From IMG/VR virus record IMGVR_UViG_3300013121_000018, positions 1 through 64,000 of that record: a stretch of DNA of 64,000 nt; one strand, given 5' to 3'. Under the pieces are notes generated by a model. The model ran no database searches. It worked only from the letters and a program-made list of their open reading frames with translations, and was not told the DNA's origin. The translations under genes were made by a program, and so were the position numbers. The DNA is from a virus (Duplodnaviria > Caudoviricetes). Of the stretch, positions 29,935-38,667 are shown one piece after another. Every line of letters begins with the position of its first letter. The first letter of the stretch is position 1.

Positions 29935-30261
29935 ATGTCACAATTCAATCTTACCTTCAAGACTAGCGTCAACAAACTTCCTGAAGACTTTGCTGAAATT
30001 CACAGCCTTAAGAGCGTATGCTCTGCTCTTGGTGTACACTCTGTCAAGCTTGCCGACAAAGGCAATGGTAAATTCCTCATTCTGATTGCTGATGACGGTT
30101 TATACACCACCATTCCAGCATCCAAGGAAATGCAGCCACACCATCTGTCCACAGCAAGGGTTGCTCTGATGAAGAAACCCAATGAGGACGGCACTCCTGC
30201 ATATGTGGCAATCCGCCCAGAAGGTGAAAGCTCTGTTGTCCTTGGAGGCTGCACATTCTAA
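29935..30261 (+). CDS. first plus-strand (early) hypothetical protein
   Basis: More plausible ATG at 29935 (MSQFNLTFK); followed by a terminator-like hairpin. Confidence 0.6.
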   Translation: MSQFNLTFKTSVNKLPEDFAEIHSLKSVCSALGVHSVKLADKGNGKFLILIADDGLYTTIPASKEMQPHHLSTARVALMKKPNEDGTPAYVAIRPEGESSVVLGGCTF

Positions 30262-30267
30262 ACCACA

Positions 30268-30305
30268 GTGGGGGCTTCGGCCCTTACTTTGTTTCTTTTC
30301 TTTTT
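30268..30305 (+). terminator. intrinsic terminator-like hairpin
   Basis: GGGC-TTCG-GCCC core followed by a T-rich run. Confidence 0.6.
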
Positions 30306-30497
30306 ATTATTATGATTAATTCACCATTAAATATTTTGATTATGAAAAACACAGTTTATTATGAGTATCCTGATGGAACAATTTCATCACAGGACAATGG
30401 ATGGGACAGGCAATAACAAACTATCAGGTGGTACACATTAGTATATATGTATCACCTGTTCTTTTCTTTTAATTTAAACCTTTTAAAATAGAATATC

Positions 30498-30806
30498 ATG
30501 AATAATTTATTGCAAGTTGTATTGGAAAACAACCCTGAATTGTTGATACATGCAGCAAAGATTGACAACAACATGATTTTTGATGAAACAGGAAAAACGA
30601 TTGTTGTCCAGGTGGATAATGATAAAATCCCTGTTGGTTTCAAGAAGGCTAAAGAAAATGAAGGCAACCGTTACAACTTCTACAAAGAAGTTCGTGTTAT
30701 TGCTACAAACATTTTCAAGATGTCAAAGCCTTACCTTACCGAATATGGTTGGAAGGATGCTACTGATGCAGCACCAACTGAATTGGTTCCTATTACATTA
30801 CTATAA
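30498..30806 (+). CDS. hypothetical protein (paralogue A1)
   Basis: Similar to 31491..31787. Confidence 0.65.
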   Translation: MNNLLQVVLENNPELLIHAAKIDNNMIFDETGKTIVVQVDNDKIPVGFKKAKENEGNRYNFYKEVRVIATNIFKMSKPYLTEYGWKDATDAAPTELVPITLL

Positions 30807-30997
30807 TTAATTAATAATCAGCCTGTTATACTATGGTTGCAGTGGTTATAATCCACAATAACAGGTTGATTTTTGATTATTATGTAACCAAATGGTTACG
30901 TTTTAACAACCCAAAACAACATCACCTCTTATTTCAAACAACCAAAAATGCCCAAAACCAGGGCATAACTATATCATCATTTCAAAATCATTTTATT

Positions 30998-31153
30998 ATG
31001 GAGAAGAAAAAATTTAATACAACCATGGAAATGGCTAATTGGATTAATTCTAATATTCCAGATTTCCTTGAACAGGAAATATTAATGTTACAAGGAATCA
31101 ACAATAAAAAATTATTCGGAATGTATGTGATTTCTTTTAGTAAACTGGAATAA
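30998..31153 (+). CDS. small hypothetical protein
   Basis: ATG at 30998 (MEKKKFNTT). Confidence 0.4.
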   Translation: MEKKKFNTTMEMANWINSNIPDFLEQEILMLQGINNKKLFGMYVISFSKLE

Positions 31154-31272
31154 TTAAAAACACAGAAACCTGTTTGTATTACTGGTCTTGTATCAAAAAC
31201 AAGTACATCAAAGGATACAACAGGTTTCTTTTTTACTAAAATATATTATTCAACATTATTAAACATTATATC

Positions 31273-31473
31273 ATGAAAAAATTTCTTATCCATTTCATCA
31301 TTTGTTTCTTACCATATTTTGCAGTAGCAACTGTATGGTGTCTTTCCATTGGAAACTTTTCATACACAGCAACAGTAACTGCTGATGGCTTTTACTTCGC
31401 TTGTGCTGTATATTGGATTATATTCCAATGGTTTCTACATTGTGTTGTACAAGAAGCATATTTTTACAATTAA
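31273..31473 (+). CDS. small two-TM membrane protein
   Basis: Two hydrophobic segments. Confidence 0.55.
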   Translation: MKKFLIHFIICFLPYFAVATVWCLSIGNFSYTATVTADGFYFACAVYWIIFQWFLHCVVQEAYFYN

Positions 31474-31490
31474 TCACAAAATTCAATATT

Positions 31491-31787
31491 ATGGAAAATG
31501 TTCTTTTGAAAGTTGTTCTGGAAAATAATCCAGAATTGTTCATTCATGCTACAAGAGTAGAAAACGGTCTTGTTTCTGATAAAACTGGACAAACAATTGT
31601 TGTCCAAGTTTCTACTGAAAAAATACCAAAAGGTTTTAAACTGAAAAGTGGTCGACATGGTTGGTACTATGTTGAAACCAAAGTATTGGCAACCAATGTT
31701 TATTCAACAAGTAAACCATATTTTACAGAATATGGATGGAAGGCAGACTCTGAAATGCCGCCATCAGAACTTGAAGCTGAAGAATAA
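31491..31787 (+). CDS. hypothetical protein (paralogue A2)
   Basis: MENVLLKVVLENNPELFIHA...SKPYFTEYGWK. Confidence 0.65.
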   Translation: MENVLLKVVLENNPELFIHATRVENGLVSDKTGQTIVVQVSTEKIPKGFKLKSGRHGWYYVETKVLATNVYSTSKPYFTEYGWKADSEMPPSELEAEE

Positions 31788-32056
31788 TCCAGTACATCAA
31801 ATAATTAAATAATTTAGAAATCTGTTTGTATTTAGACGTAAGGTTGAATATCGTCTTTAACATAAAGAGTTGTTCAGTTGAAAATACTGATAGACTTTGA
31901 TACAACATGTGGTCAAACTACAGATGGTACAACAGATTTCTTTTTTAATTTAAAATGGAAGATAAAAATAATCTTGGACAAACATTAATGGTAATTGGAT
32001 GGTCACTTATTATAATATCGTTCATATTATCTAAGTGTACAACTCTTTAACTTGTT

Positions 32057-32142
32057 GCTCCGGTGGTGGAATTGGTATACACGACAGACTTAAAATCTGT
32101 TATCCATTATTTGGATTGAGGGTTCGAGTCCCTCTCGGAGTA
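32057..32142 (+). tRNA. trnL: tRNA-Leu(UAA)
   Basis: GCTCCGG/TCGGAGT acceptor, ACAGA-CTTAAAA-TCTGT anticodon arm, long variable arm, GAGGG-TTCGAGT-CCCTC. Confidence 0.92.
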
Positions 32143-32174
32143 CAAAAATAATACTTATTATTGTATTAAAGATT

Positions 32175-32612
32175 ATGATTAAAGCAACCATAACGCTGAC
32201 CTTAACAGGAGGCGTGAGGCTTCTACGTGAAGCCAAGAGCTTGAGTAATCAAGACATTCAAAACGCATTGCAAAATGCAAACAATGATCCTGCTTTTGGT
32301 AAAGTTTTTGCACATTTACCAAGCACACAAAAGAATCATGATGTTACTATTGAAGAAATTCCTTGCACACAACGTATCAACATCATGAATGTACAGTTCA
32401 AAGAAATAATGTCAGGTCAAGCAAGACCTTCTGACAGTTTCTGCCTGAACAACAAATTGATGATCATCAAGAAAAAAGATGGTCGTCGTGTCAAGGAGTT
32501 TATGTATGAAAAATGGCGGTCATTCTCGGAAGAAAAGCGTTTGGCATTGTTTTTCAATGAGGTTGCCCTTGATCGAAATGCAGAACTTGGAAATATTGAA
32601 ATTCTCAAGTAA
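32175..32612 (+). CDS. hypothetical protein
   Basis: ORF track. Confidence 0.55.
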   Translation: MIKATITLTLTGGVRLLREAKSLSNQDIQNALQNANNDPAFGKVFAHLPSTQKNHDVTIEEIPCTQRINIMNVQFKEIMSGQARPSDSFCLNNKLMIIKKKDGRRVKEFMYEKWRSFSEEKRLALFFNEVALDRNAELGNIEILK

Positions 32613-32615
32613 ATA

Positions 32616-33023
32616 ATGAAAACACGTTCTCTTATTTTAATTAATTCTATTAAATTAAATATTATTATGGCACAATTTTTAAAAAGAACTGAAAAAAATG
32701 GATCGCTTACTGATAACTTTACTGCAGTATTCAGGAAACCACCTGCTATTGGTGGATTGATTGACTGTAAAATTCTCAAAAAGAATCGTGAAGAAATTCT
32801 TCACAAACATTTTTCCTTAATGCTCGATATGCCTGAATCAAAGGCATTAGAAAACGCCAAGAAGACGTATGTCAGGCTGGTGAAGAACTCAAAAGCAATT
32901 GTCAAACGTCTACGTGTATTGTCCTATGAATGGGACACAGCCAACGAGAAATACATTGCCGTATTAACAGAAAATACATTACCATATTATCGAAAGAAAA
33001 ATGTGGAAATTAATGTACAATAA
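32616..33023 (+). CDS. basic hypothetical protein
   Basis: ORF track; the real start may be the internal MAQFL. Confidence 0.5.
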   Translation: MKTRSLILINSIKLNIIMAQFLKRTEKNGSLTDNFTAVFRKPPAIGGLIDCKILKKNREEILHKHFSLMLDMPESKALENAKKTYVRLVKNSKAIVKRLRVLSYEWDTANEKYIAVLTENTLPYYRKKNVEINVQ

Positions 33024-33279
33024 TCAACTGTTAGAGAGGGGACAATCCATTCCTGTCGTTATTGACAACCTTAAAGTCAATATGCAGTACGGATTGTCTG
33101 CTCTCACAGTTGATGTAAACAAAATTGAAAATTTTAATAAGTATAGGTTAGGTAAAATAGAAGTTGTTTATCATAAGAACAAACAGAATACTGGTGCTGC
33201 GGCAAAGGTTCGTGTTCTATGTATAAATAATTGCTTTTTAGTGGTTACAGAATATAAGAAACCTATAATTTTAAAATAG
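33001..33279 (+). CDS. hypothetical protein
   Basis: ORF track. Confidence 0.45.
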   Translation: MWKLMYNNQLLERGQSIPVVIDNLKVNMQYGLSALTVDVNKIENFNKYRLGKIEVVYHKNKQNTGAAAKVRVLCINNCFLVVTEYKKPIILK

Positions 33280-33317
33280 TTTTACTTTTTTTTAAAAATT
33301 AAAAAACAATTAAAAAA

Positions 33318-33872
33318 ATGATTACTAAGAATTCAACCAATCAGGAAATTCGTGATGCATTTAAAGATGTTGTAGCAACAGGTAAGGCATTTGTTTATGG
33401 TCTTTTTGAAACAGCTAACGCTGATTATATTCAACTTGGCATTGCACAAGAAGTTACCACTCCAGGTTCTGCCACTGCAGAACAACAACTGTTCTTAGGA
33501 TGGGGTGAGAATAAAAGTATTGTGCGTTGTTTGCAAAACGTTAAGAAAGAAGTTCTTGAGAACATCAAGAAATATTTCAACAGCGATTTGAATCCAGGTT
33601 CTATTCTGGATAAAGCAAATATTCAAATCACTGAAGCATTTACTCCAAACTCTTGGCCTGATGCTGATGGTACAATTGTGTATCAAAAAGCAAAAGTGTA
33701 TCCAGAATCTTCACAACATGCTGGTAAATTCATGGTAGACTCTGAAGGTCGCCGTGTATACCGCAATACATCTCTTGTTTTGGGTGAAGCAACACATACT
33801 TTTGTGAAAGATTGTGTGCCTGAAGCAGCACCAGCAAATGCAGTTTCTCTTGAAAGTCTTGCAACAGCTTAA
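33318..33872 (+). CDS. hypothetical protein (highly expressed codon bias)
   Basis: ORF track; A-rich leader. Confidence 0.6.
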   Translation: MITKNSTNQEIRDAFKDVVATGKAFVYGLFETANADYIQLGIAQEVTTPGSATAEQQLFLGWGENKSIVRCLQNVKKEVLENIKKYFNSDLNPGSILDKANIQITEAFTPNSWPDADGTIVYQKAKVYPESSQHAGKFMVDSEGRRVYRNTSLVLGEATHTFVKDCVPEAAPANAVSLESLATA

Positions 33873-33933
33873 GTAAACAACACCTCTCTCTAATTAAATT
33901 TTTTAACAAATCATTTTAAAAATCTATTTTTTT

Positions 33934-34326
33934 ATGAGCAAATTAACTTCTAAAGCAGTATTTCTTCTTTCAGCTCTTTTTTTGGCAACTGGTGACAACG
34001 CACCAGAATCAGATTTCTGTGTTCCCTCAAACGAGGGCGATTGGGAATCTGCTTACAAAGAACTTCAAGAAAATCGCATTCTTGATGAAAATAACAATCT
34101 TACCGGTTATGGTAAGGCTAGGGCACATGGGTGTCAATCGCAAGGCGTTAATTTGCAACGACTTGCTGAAAAGAATCCAAACATGGCTATTGCTATGTTA
34201 AGGGAATCTGTCAACGGTATTGAATATCATTACCAAAATGGTGTTGAATTCTCCGATAAGGCTTTTAAGCTTTTTGGTGAAACTTCAGCTAGACTTGGCC
34301 ATTTGGCTGCAACTACAGTATCGTAA
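33934..34326 (+). CDS. hypothetical protein
   Basis: ORF track; followed by hairpin 34336-34368. Confidence 0.55.
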   Translation: MSKLTSKAVFLLSALFLATGDNAPESDFCVPSNEGDWESAYKELQENRILDENNNLTGYGKARAHGCQSQGVNLQRLAEKNPNMAIAMLRESVNGIEYHYQNGVEFSDKAFKLFGETSARLGHLAATTVS

Positions 34327-34380
34327 TACAAAAACAAATCCTCTAGTCCCGTAAGATTAGAGGATTTTAATATTTTTTTT

Positions 34381-34929
34381 ATGGACAAAGAGAAAAGAGA
34401 AGCCTATGTCCAATGGCTTACAAAGAAAGGAAAACCACAATTAGTTACTCCTTTAAAGTTTATTGGACTTAGAAAAAATAAACACGATCACGTCGTAACA
34501 TTTTACGATGCTGACGGGAGACCCTACAACGGGGAAGTATGGGATTGTCGTACACAGGATGGTAAAGTAAAACAATTTACTTTTCCTGTTGAGACAGCCT
34601 CTCAGGAAGAAGTAGGATGGAGTTTTAATTCTAATCCTATTGATGATAATAGTATTTACACTAATCAAGATGCTTGGCATTATGATGGTGAAAACTATAT
34701 TGTAATCCCTAATGAATGTAAATTAACAGAAAAAGAAGAAAAAGTAATGAGTTTTCTTCATAACTTTGTTAACAACACAGATGATGACGTTATGGGCACA
34801 TTGGCTCAATTAAAGTTAATGATGTTGACTACGCCGTCACAAAGGATATTAAAAGAGTACAAAGATTTTAGAACCAATCATGCCGAAAAGCATGATAAAC
34901 TAAACAATCTTATAGATGGAAGTATTTAA
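34381..34929 (+). CDS. hypothetical protein
   Basis: ORF track. Confidence 0.55.
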   Translation: MDKEKREAYVQWLTKKGKPQLVTPLKFIGLRKNKHDHVVTFYDADGRPYNGEVWDCRTQDGKVKQFTFPVETASQEEVGWSFNSNPIDDNSIYTNQDAWHYDGENYIVIPNECKLTEKEEKVMSFLHNFVNNTDDDVMGTLAQLKLMMLTTPSQRILKEYKDFRTNHAEKHDKLNNLIDGSI

Positions 34930-35110
34930 AAAGATTGGATTTTTTCTCCTTGCTGCAATTAGCGCATTTATATTGGCTTCAATAGCAATTGCTGCTAAAG
35001 CACTTGGAGGAATTGTTGGATTTATTTTTTCACACTTTGTTGATGGCTTCAAAGGACAAGCTGATGCCGTCAATGAATATTTTGAGTATTTAGACAGGAA
35101 AACCGATTAG
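34916..35110 (+). CDS. small membrane protein
   Basis: Long hydrophobic stretch. Confidence 0.5.
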   Translation: MEVFKKIGFFLLAAISAFILASIAIAAKALGGIVGFIFSHFVDGFKGQADAVNEYFEYLDRKTD

Positions 35111-35117
35111 AGGTTTT

Positions 35118-35134
35118 GGCCCCGTAGCTCAGTG
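35118..35134 (+). pseudogene. 5' remnant of split tRNA (probably Arg)
   Basis: GGCCCCG-TA-GCTC-AGTG; pairs with CGGGGTC at 35684-35690. Confidence 0.8.
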
Positions 35135-35491
35135 TACTATTATGTGACGTATTCTATGACAGTTTGCACATAATAGTACACATTTATCCAATTCTTCTAA
35201 TATTTTATTCCAATTCATAATTCTTAATTTCGACCAATCATGATCTTTTAATTTAGGATTAAGATGATGAAATTCAAAAACAGCATAGTGCGAATTGTTT
35301 AATTCTAATAAACAATCATTACATTTACCACCTTTGTAAATAATAGCATCAATTTTACGTTTTATCCAACGTTGTTGACACCGTTTATTAAAACAGTTTT
35401 TACAGTAGCACATTGTATTTTGACTATGTGATTTTGAAGTATAAAACTCATTTAAAGGTTTAATAATTTTACAATCGGTACATATTTTCAT
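35129..35491 (-). mobile_element. HNH homing endonuclease
   Basis: CTDC...CKNC, GGKCNDC, FEFHHLNP, KCVLLCANCHRIRH. Confidence 0.9.
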
Positions 35492-35524
35492 ATTATTTTA
35501 TTTTTTTTATTATTTGTAAATCAA

Positions 35525-35597
35525 GGCTTGGTCATTCTAACGGATAAGAAATCTGGCTTCTAACCAGAGAATAGGGGTTCGATTCCTCTCCAAGTCA
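35525..35597 (+). tRNA. trnR: tRNA-Arg(UCU)
   Basis: GGCTTGG/CCAAGTC acceptor, TCTGG-CTTCTAA-CCAGA, AGGGG-TTCGATT-CCTCT. Confidence 0.92.
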
Positions 35598-35605
35598 CAA
35601 AGATA
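35598..35605 (-). promoter_or_regulatory. -7 promoter element (TATCTTTG) pointing through tRNA-Arg into the HNH gene
   Basis: Exact TAnnTTTG match; no clear -33 TTTG. Confidence 0.5.
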
Positions 35606-35675
35606 ATATATAATATGCTTAGTAAATAAGTTTCTAAGCATATTATTAAATATTTAATAAATATTTAACAAAAAA

Positions 35676-35691
35676 ACTCCTGTCGGGGTCA
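35676..35691 (+). pseudogene. 3' remnant of split tRNA
   Basis: ACT-CCTGT-CGGGGTC-A followed by CAA. Confidence 0.8.
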
Positions 35692-35705
35692 CAAATTAAG
35701 TTTTT

Positions 35706-35924
35706 ATGAATGTATTTAAAAAATCAGAAGTTCCTAAAGGAAAAAATTCTTTATATTCTGAAACTTATCAGGTTAACTTTTGGTTGACTGAAAATGGAAT
35801 AATTTCTAAACAACAAGAAATTTATCATACTGCTTCAAAAGGTAGACACAAGCAAGTTGAAGCTAAATGGAAAAAAGAATATAAAGATAAAGCAGTAAAA
35901 TTGATTTCTGTAATTTATGAATAA
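35706..35924 (+). CDS. hypothetical protein
   Basis: ORF track. Confidence 0.5.
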   Translation: MNVFKKSEVPKGKNSLYSETYQVNFWLTENGIISKQQEIYHTASKGRHKQVEAKWKKEYKDKAVKLISVIYE

Positions 35925-35930
35925 AATATT

Positions 35931-36170
35931 ATGGCAAAAGATAAAGAATTTGAGAAACGATACAAAGAAGAAGGAAACAGAAGAATGTCCATTAGAAAAG
36001 CAAAAAGAAATGAAAAATATTTTAAACTTACAAGAGAAGCCCAAGAATGTGGAAAACCTATTTGGGCAATAAAAGCAGGATATTGGCCTGATTCTAATAG
36101 TCCTACAGGATATTCACAAAAATGTGATTGGCAGGGTAATTGTCAATATCCCTGTAACGGAGATTGTTAA
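35931..36170 (+). CDS. Cys-containing hypothetical protein
   Basis: C-terminal CDWQGNCQYPCNGDC. Confidence 0.5.
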   Translation: MAKDKEFEKRYKEEGNRRMSIRKAKRNEKYFKLTREAQECGKPIWAIKAGYWPDSNSPTGYSQKCDWQGNCQYPCNGDC

Positions 36171-36175
36171 TACAT

Positions 36176-36231
36176 CGCAGGATAGCTTAGTGGTAGAGCT
36201 TTTAGCGGGTGTTCGATTCACTCTCCTGCAA
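36176..36231 (+). ncRNA. tRNA-like element lacking the anticodon arm (initiator-like)
   Basis: CGCAGGA/TCCTGCA acceptor with C1:A72 mismatch, D arm GCTT-AGTGGTA-GAGC, T arm GGGTG-TTCGATT-CACTC; only 7 nt between the D and T arms. Confidence 0.75.
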
Positions 36232-36249
36232 CAAATTAAAATTAAAATC

Positions 36250-36444
36250 ATGGAACTATTATCATTTGTAATTTGGTTATGTTTTTATCCTGTTTCTTGT
36301 GCAGTAGAAAAATATGTATTGGCAGAATTTTACAGAAAAAGAAACTGGAAATTTTTGTCCGAAACAAATAACTTTTTTTCTATAGTTTTTAATTTGTTTT
36401 TATATATTTTAATAGCACAATTTCTTTTCTTCAGGATTCCATAA
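36250..36444 (+). CDS. small membrane protein
   Basis: ATG at 36250 (MELLSFVIW); two hydrophobic segments. Confidence 0.5.
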   Translation: MELLSFVIWLCFYPVSCAVEKYVLAEFYRKRNWKFLSETNNFFSIVFNLFLYILIAQFLFFRIP

Positions 36445-36483
36445 CAGACTAAGAACAAACACCTAAACTTAAATCTTAAACTT

Positions 36484-36789
36484 ATGAAAAAATTATTATT
36501 ACTAGCATTTATTAGTTTGAGTGTTTGTTCTTATGCTCAAACCATTGGTCTTGAAATGGGAGCAAATCTTATTTCAGACAGAAAATTATTTCATGACAAT
36601 ACTCTTAACTGCCAACCACGGCCATTCACCTATGTTGGAGTGAATTATCAAATCAAAAGTATAACGACAAGACTGACTTATACTTTTGATTTACACATTA
36701 TTACTATTGGGTCTAGTATCCAATTATATAATGTGAATAGAAAAAGTAGAAGTTATGCTTTAATAAACAGAAACTATAACAAACATTAA
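36484..36789 (+). CDS. secreted beta-rich protein
   Basis: Signal peptide ending CSYA|Q; amphipathic strands. Confidence 0.55.
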   Translation: MKKLLLLAFISLSVCSYAQTIGLEMGANLISDRKLFHDNTLNCQPRPFTYVGVNYQIKSITTRLTYTFDLHIITIGSSIQLYNVNRKSRSYALINRNYNKH

Positions 36790-36810
36790 ACTATTAAAAT
36801 TAAAAAAATT

Positions 36811-37446
36811 ATGAGAAAATTGTTAATGTTTGTAACTTTTCTTACATTTAGCGTTATAATGACTGCACAATGTAAGATTGAAACTGGAAATCTGATTGTC
36901 GAATCATTAGGTAATCAAGAGTATAGCCTATATTTAAGCCAGAAACCAATTAACACCTGTTTCCCGGTTTCTGACAGCAGTTCATTATGGGTGGGTATAC
37001 TTTGTTCATCTACTGGTAATTATGCGTCAGAATGGCTGAAATGGTCTGATACGCTAAAATACACTTTTAGTGGTCATATTACACTGGTCGCTAAGATTAA
37101 GTGGTATAAGCAAGGGAATGCTTATGCTGAAACACATATCTTTGTACCAGATGTATTTGAAACTGGACATAACTGCTATACTAAAATTGGTACATATTCT
37201 GTTCCAAATATTATACCACCAGTAATCACACCACCTGTGTTTGTTCCAGAGTTTAATATTAACAATGAAATTATTACCACTAATGTTGGTGGCACGTTAA
37301 TAATTATGTCATATCCTAACTTTGATAATATCATTGTAAAGGAATATGACAATCAATTCACTTTTAATCTATTACCCGGATGGTGGTATTGTTATCTAAT
37401 ATTAGATGATGGGACAACATTGGGTAATACAATCATTCAAAACTAA
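36811..37446 (+). CDS. secreted protein with possible T9SS C-terminal-domain-like tail
   Basis: Signal peptide ending MTA|Q; Pro-rich linker; FNLLPGWWYCYLILDDGTTLGNTIIQN. Confidence 0.5.
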   Translation: MRKLLMFVTFLTFSVIMTAQCKIETGNLIVESLGNQEYSLYLSQKPINTCFPVSDSSSLWVGILCSSTGNYASEWLKWSDTLKYTFSGHITLVAKIKWYKQGNAYAETHIFVPDVFETGHNCYTKIGTYSVPNIIPPVITPPVFVPEFNINNEIITTNVGGTLIIMSYPNFDNIIVKEYDNQFTFNLLPGWWYCYLILDDGTTLGNTIIQN

Positions 37447-37817
37447 TGTATTTACTACTAACTTTTTTAGTTTTATCATTATTAATTTATTTTTTTGGAG
37501 GGAAGTTTCCGGATTCAGATGGTGTAGGTTTTTTAACTATTTTGATAGCAGTAGTTTCAATCTTAGGAATATGTGTATGTTTAATAATGATTCCTCTTAA
37601 AAGAATAGAATCATTACAACTTATTAGAAAAACCAATTCTTATCAAAATACAATTCAACTACATAGAGAATTTAACGTATCTGAAATTGAAAGAGCCGCA
37701 TTAACTCAAAAAATATTAGAAATTAATGCTGAAATAATAGAAGCACAATATTGGAATACTACTCAATGGGATTGGTGGTATGACGATAGTGTAATGAATA
37801 TTAAACCTATTGAATAA
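37446..37817 (+). CDS. membrane protein
   Basis: Two N-terminal TM helices. Confidence 0.55.
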   Translation: MYLLLTFLVLSLLIYFFGGKFPDSDGVGFLTILIAVVSILGICVCLIMIPLKRIESLQLIRKTNSYQNTIQLHREFNVSEIERAALTQKILEINAEIIEAQYWNTTQWDWWYDDSVMNIKPIE

Positions 37818-38226
37818 AAACAAACAACTCCCCCATCACCGGATTAAAATTCCACGAAAACAGTCGTCTGGTGGTGCGGGGAGTATTCTTTATTATGAAT
37901 AAATCAGAACCAAAGAAAATAATTAACTTGGCTTTACCAAAAGCCAAAGAAGTAATGTCCAAGTTTTCTATTAAATGGACATTTGGACAGAAAATCCTAG
38001 TCAAATGGCTAGGATTAAAAATATTCAGTAAAAAATTAAAGAAAAATGAACAGAACAACATTTAATATAGCTCTTAGTGCATTAGGAACATATCTTACAA
38101 AACCATATTTAGAACATGACCAAATATTTGTATTTGGAACAATAATGTTGATATGTTGGGGCATTGACCAATTAATCAGTTTAAAAGAAAAAAATACATT
38201 CAACGACCATCATTTAAACAATTAAA

Positions 38227-38667
38227 ATGAAAAAATTAATCAATTTATTGGCTATTATAGCCATTATTACTCTAAGTTCATGTAGAGCTTCATTCTACAC
38301 AGGAGAATTTACTATAGTAGATAAAAAGCCTTCTAAAACAGAAGGTTATTATCTCTATAAACTTAAGAATGTAAATCCAGACAAACCACGTCGTAAATAC
38401 GAGCATGGATACTACTCTTGGTATAGAGACAGTGTTAATTATCTCATTGGAGATACTTTTAGATTTGTATCAACAGATAAAGAAATGCTTTCTTTATATG
38501 AAGCATTATCTGGTTTAAAAAATATCAATGAAGGGCTATACATAGCCATGAAAGGTCTTGTCCAAAATGCATATAATAAAGCACTTTTTGAAGGTAAATC
38601 CCCAAAAGAAGCTTATGATGCTGCTCTAAAAGAAGCAAGATTAAGGTTAACAGAACTTTTAAAATGA
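38227..38667 (+). CDS. lipoprotein
   Basis: Lipobox ITLSS|C. Confidence 0.65.
   Translation: MKKLINLLAIIAIITLSSCRASFYTGEFTIVDKKPSKTEGYYLYKLKNVNPDKPRRKYEHGYYSWYRDSVNYLIGDTFRFVSTDKEMLSLYEALSGLKNINEGLYIAMKGLVQNAYNKALFEGKSPKEAYDAALKEARLRLTELLK

Noticed and set aside
30400-32000. CRISPR-like array
   Set aside because: Repeats are inverted stems separated by genes, not direct repeats with regular spacers.
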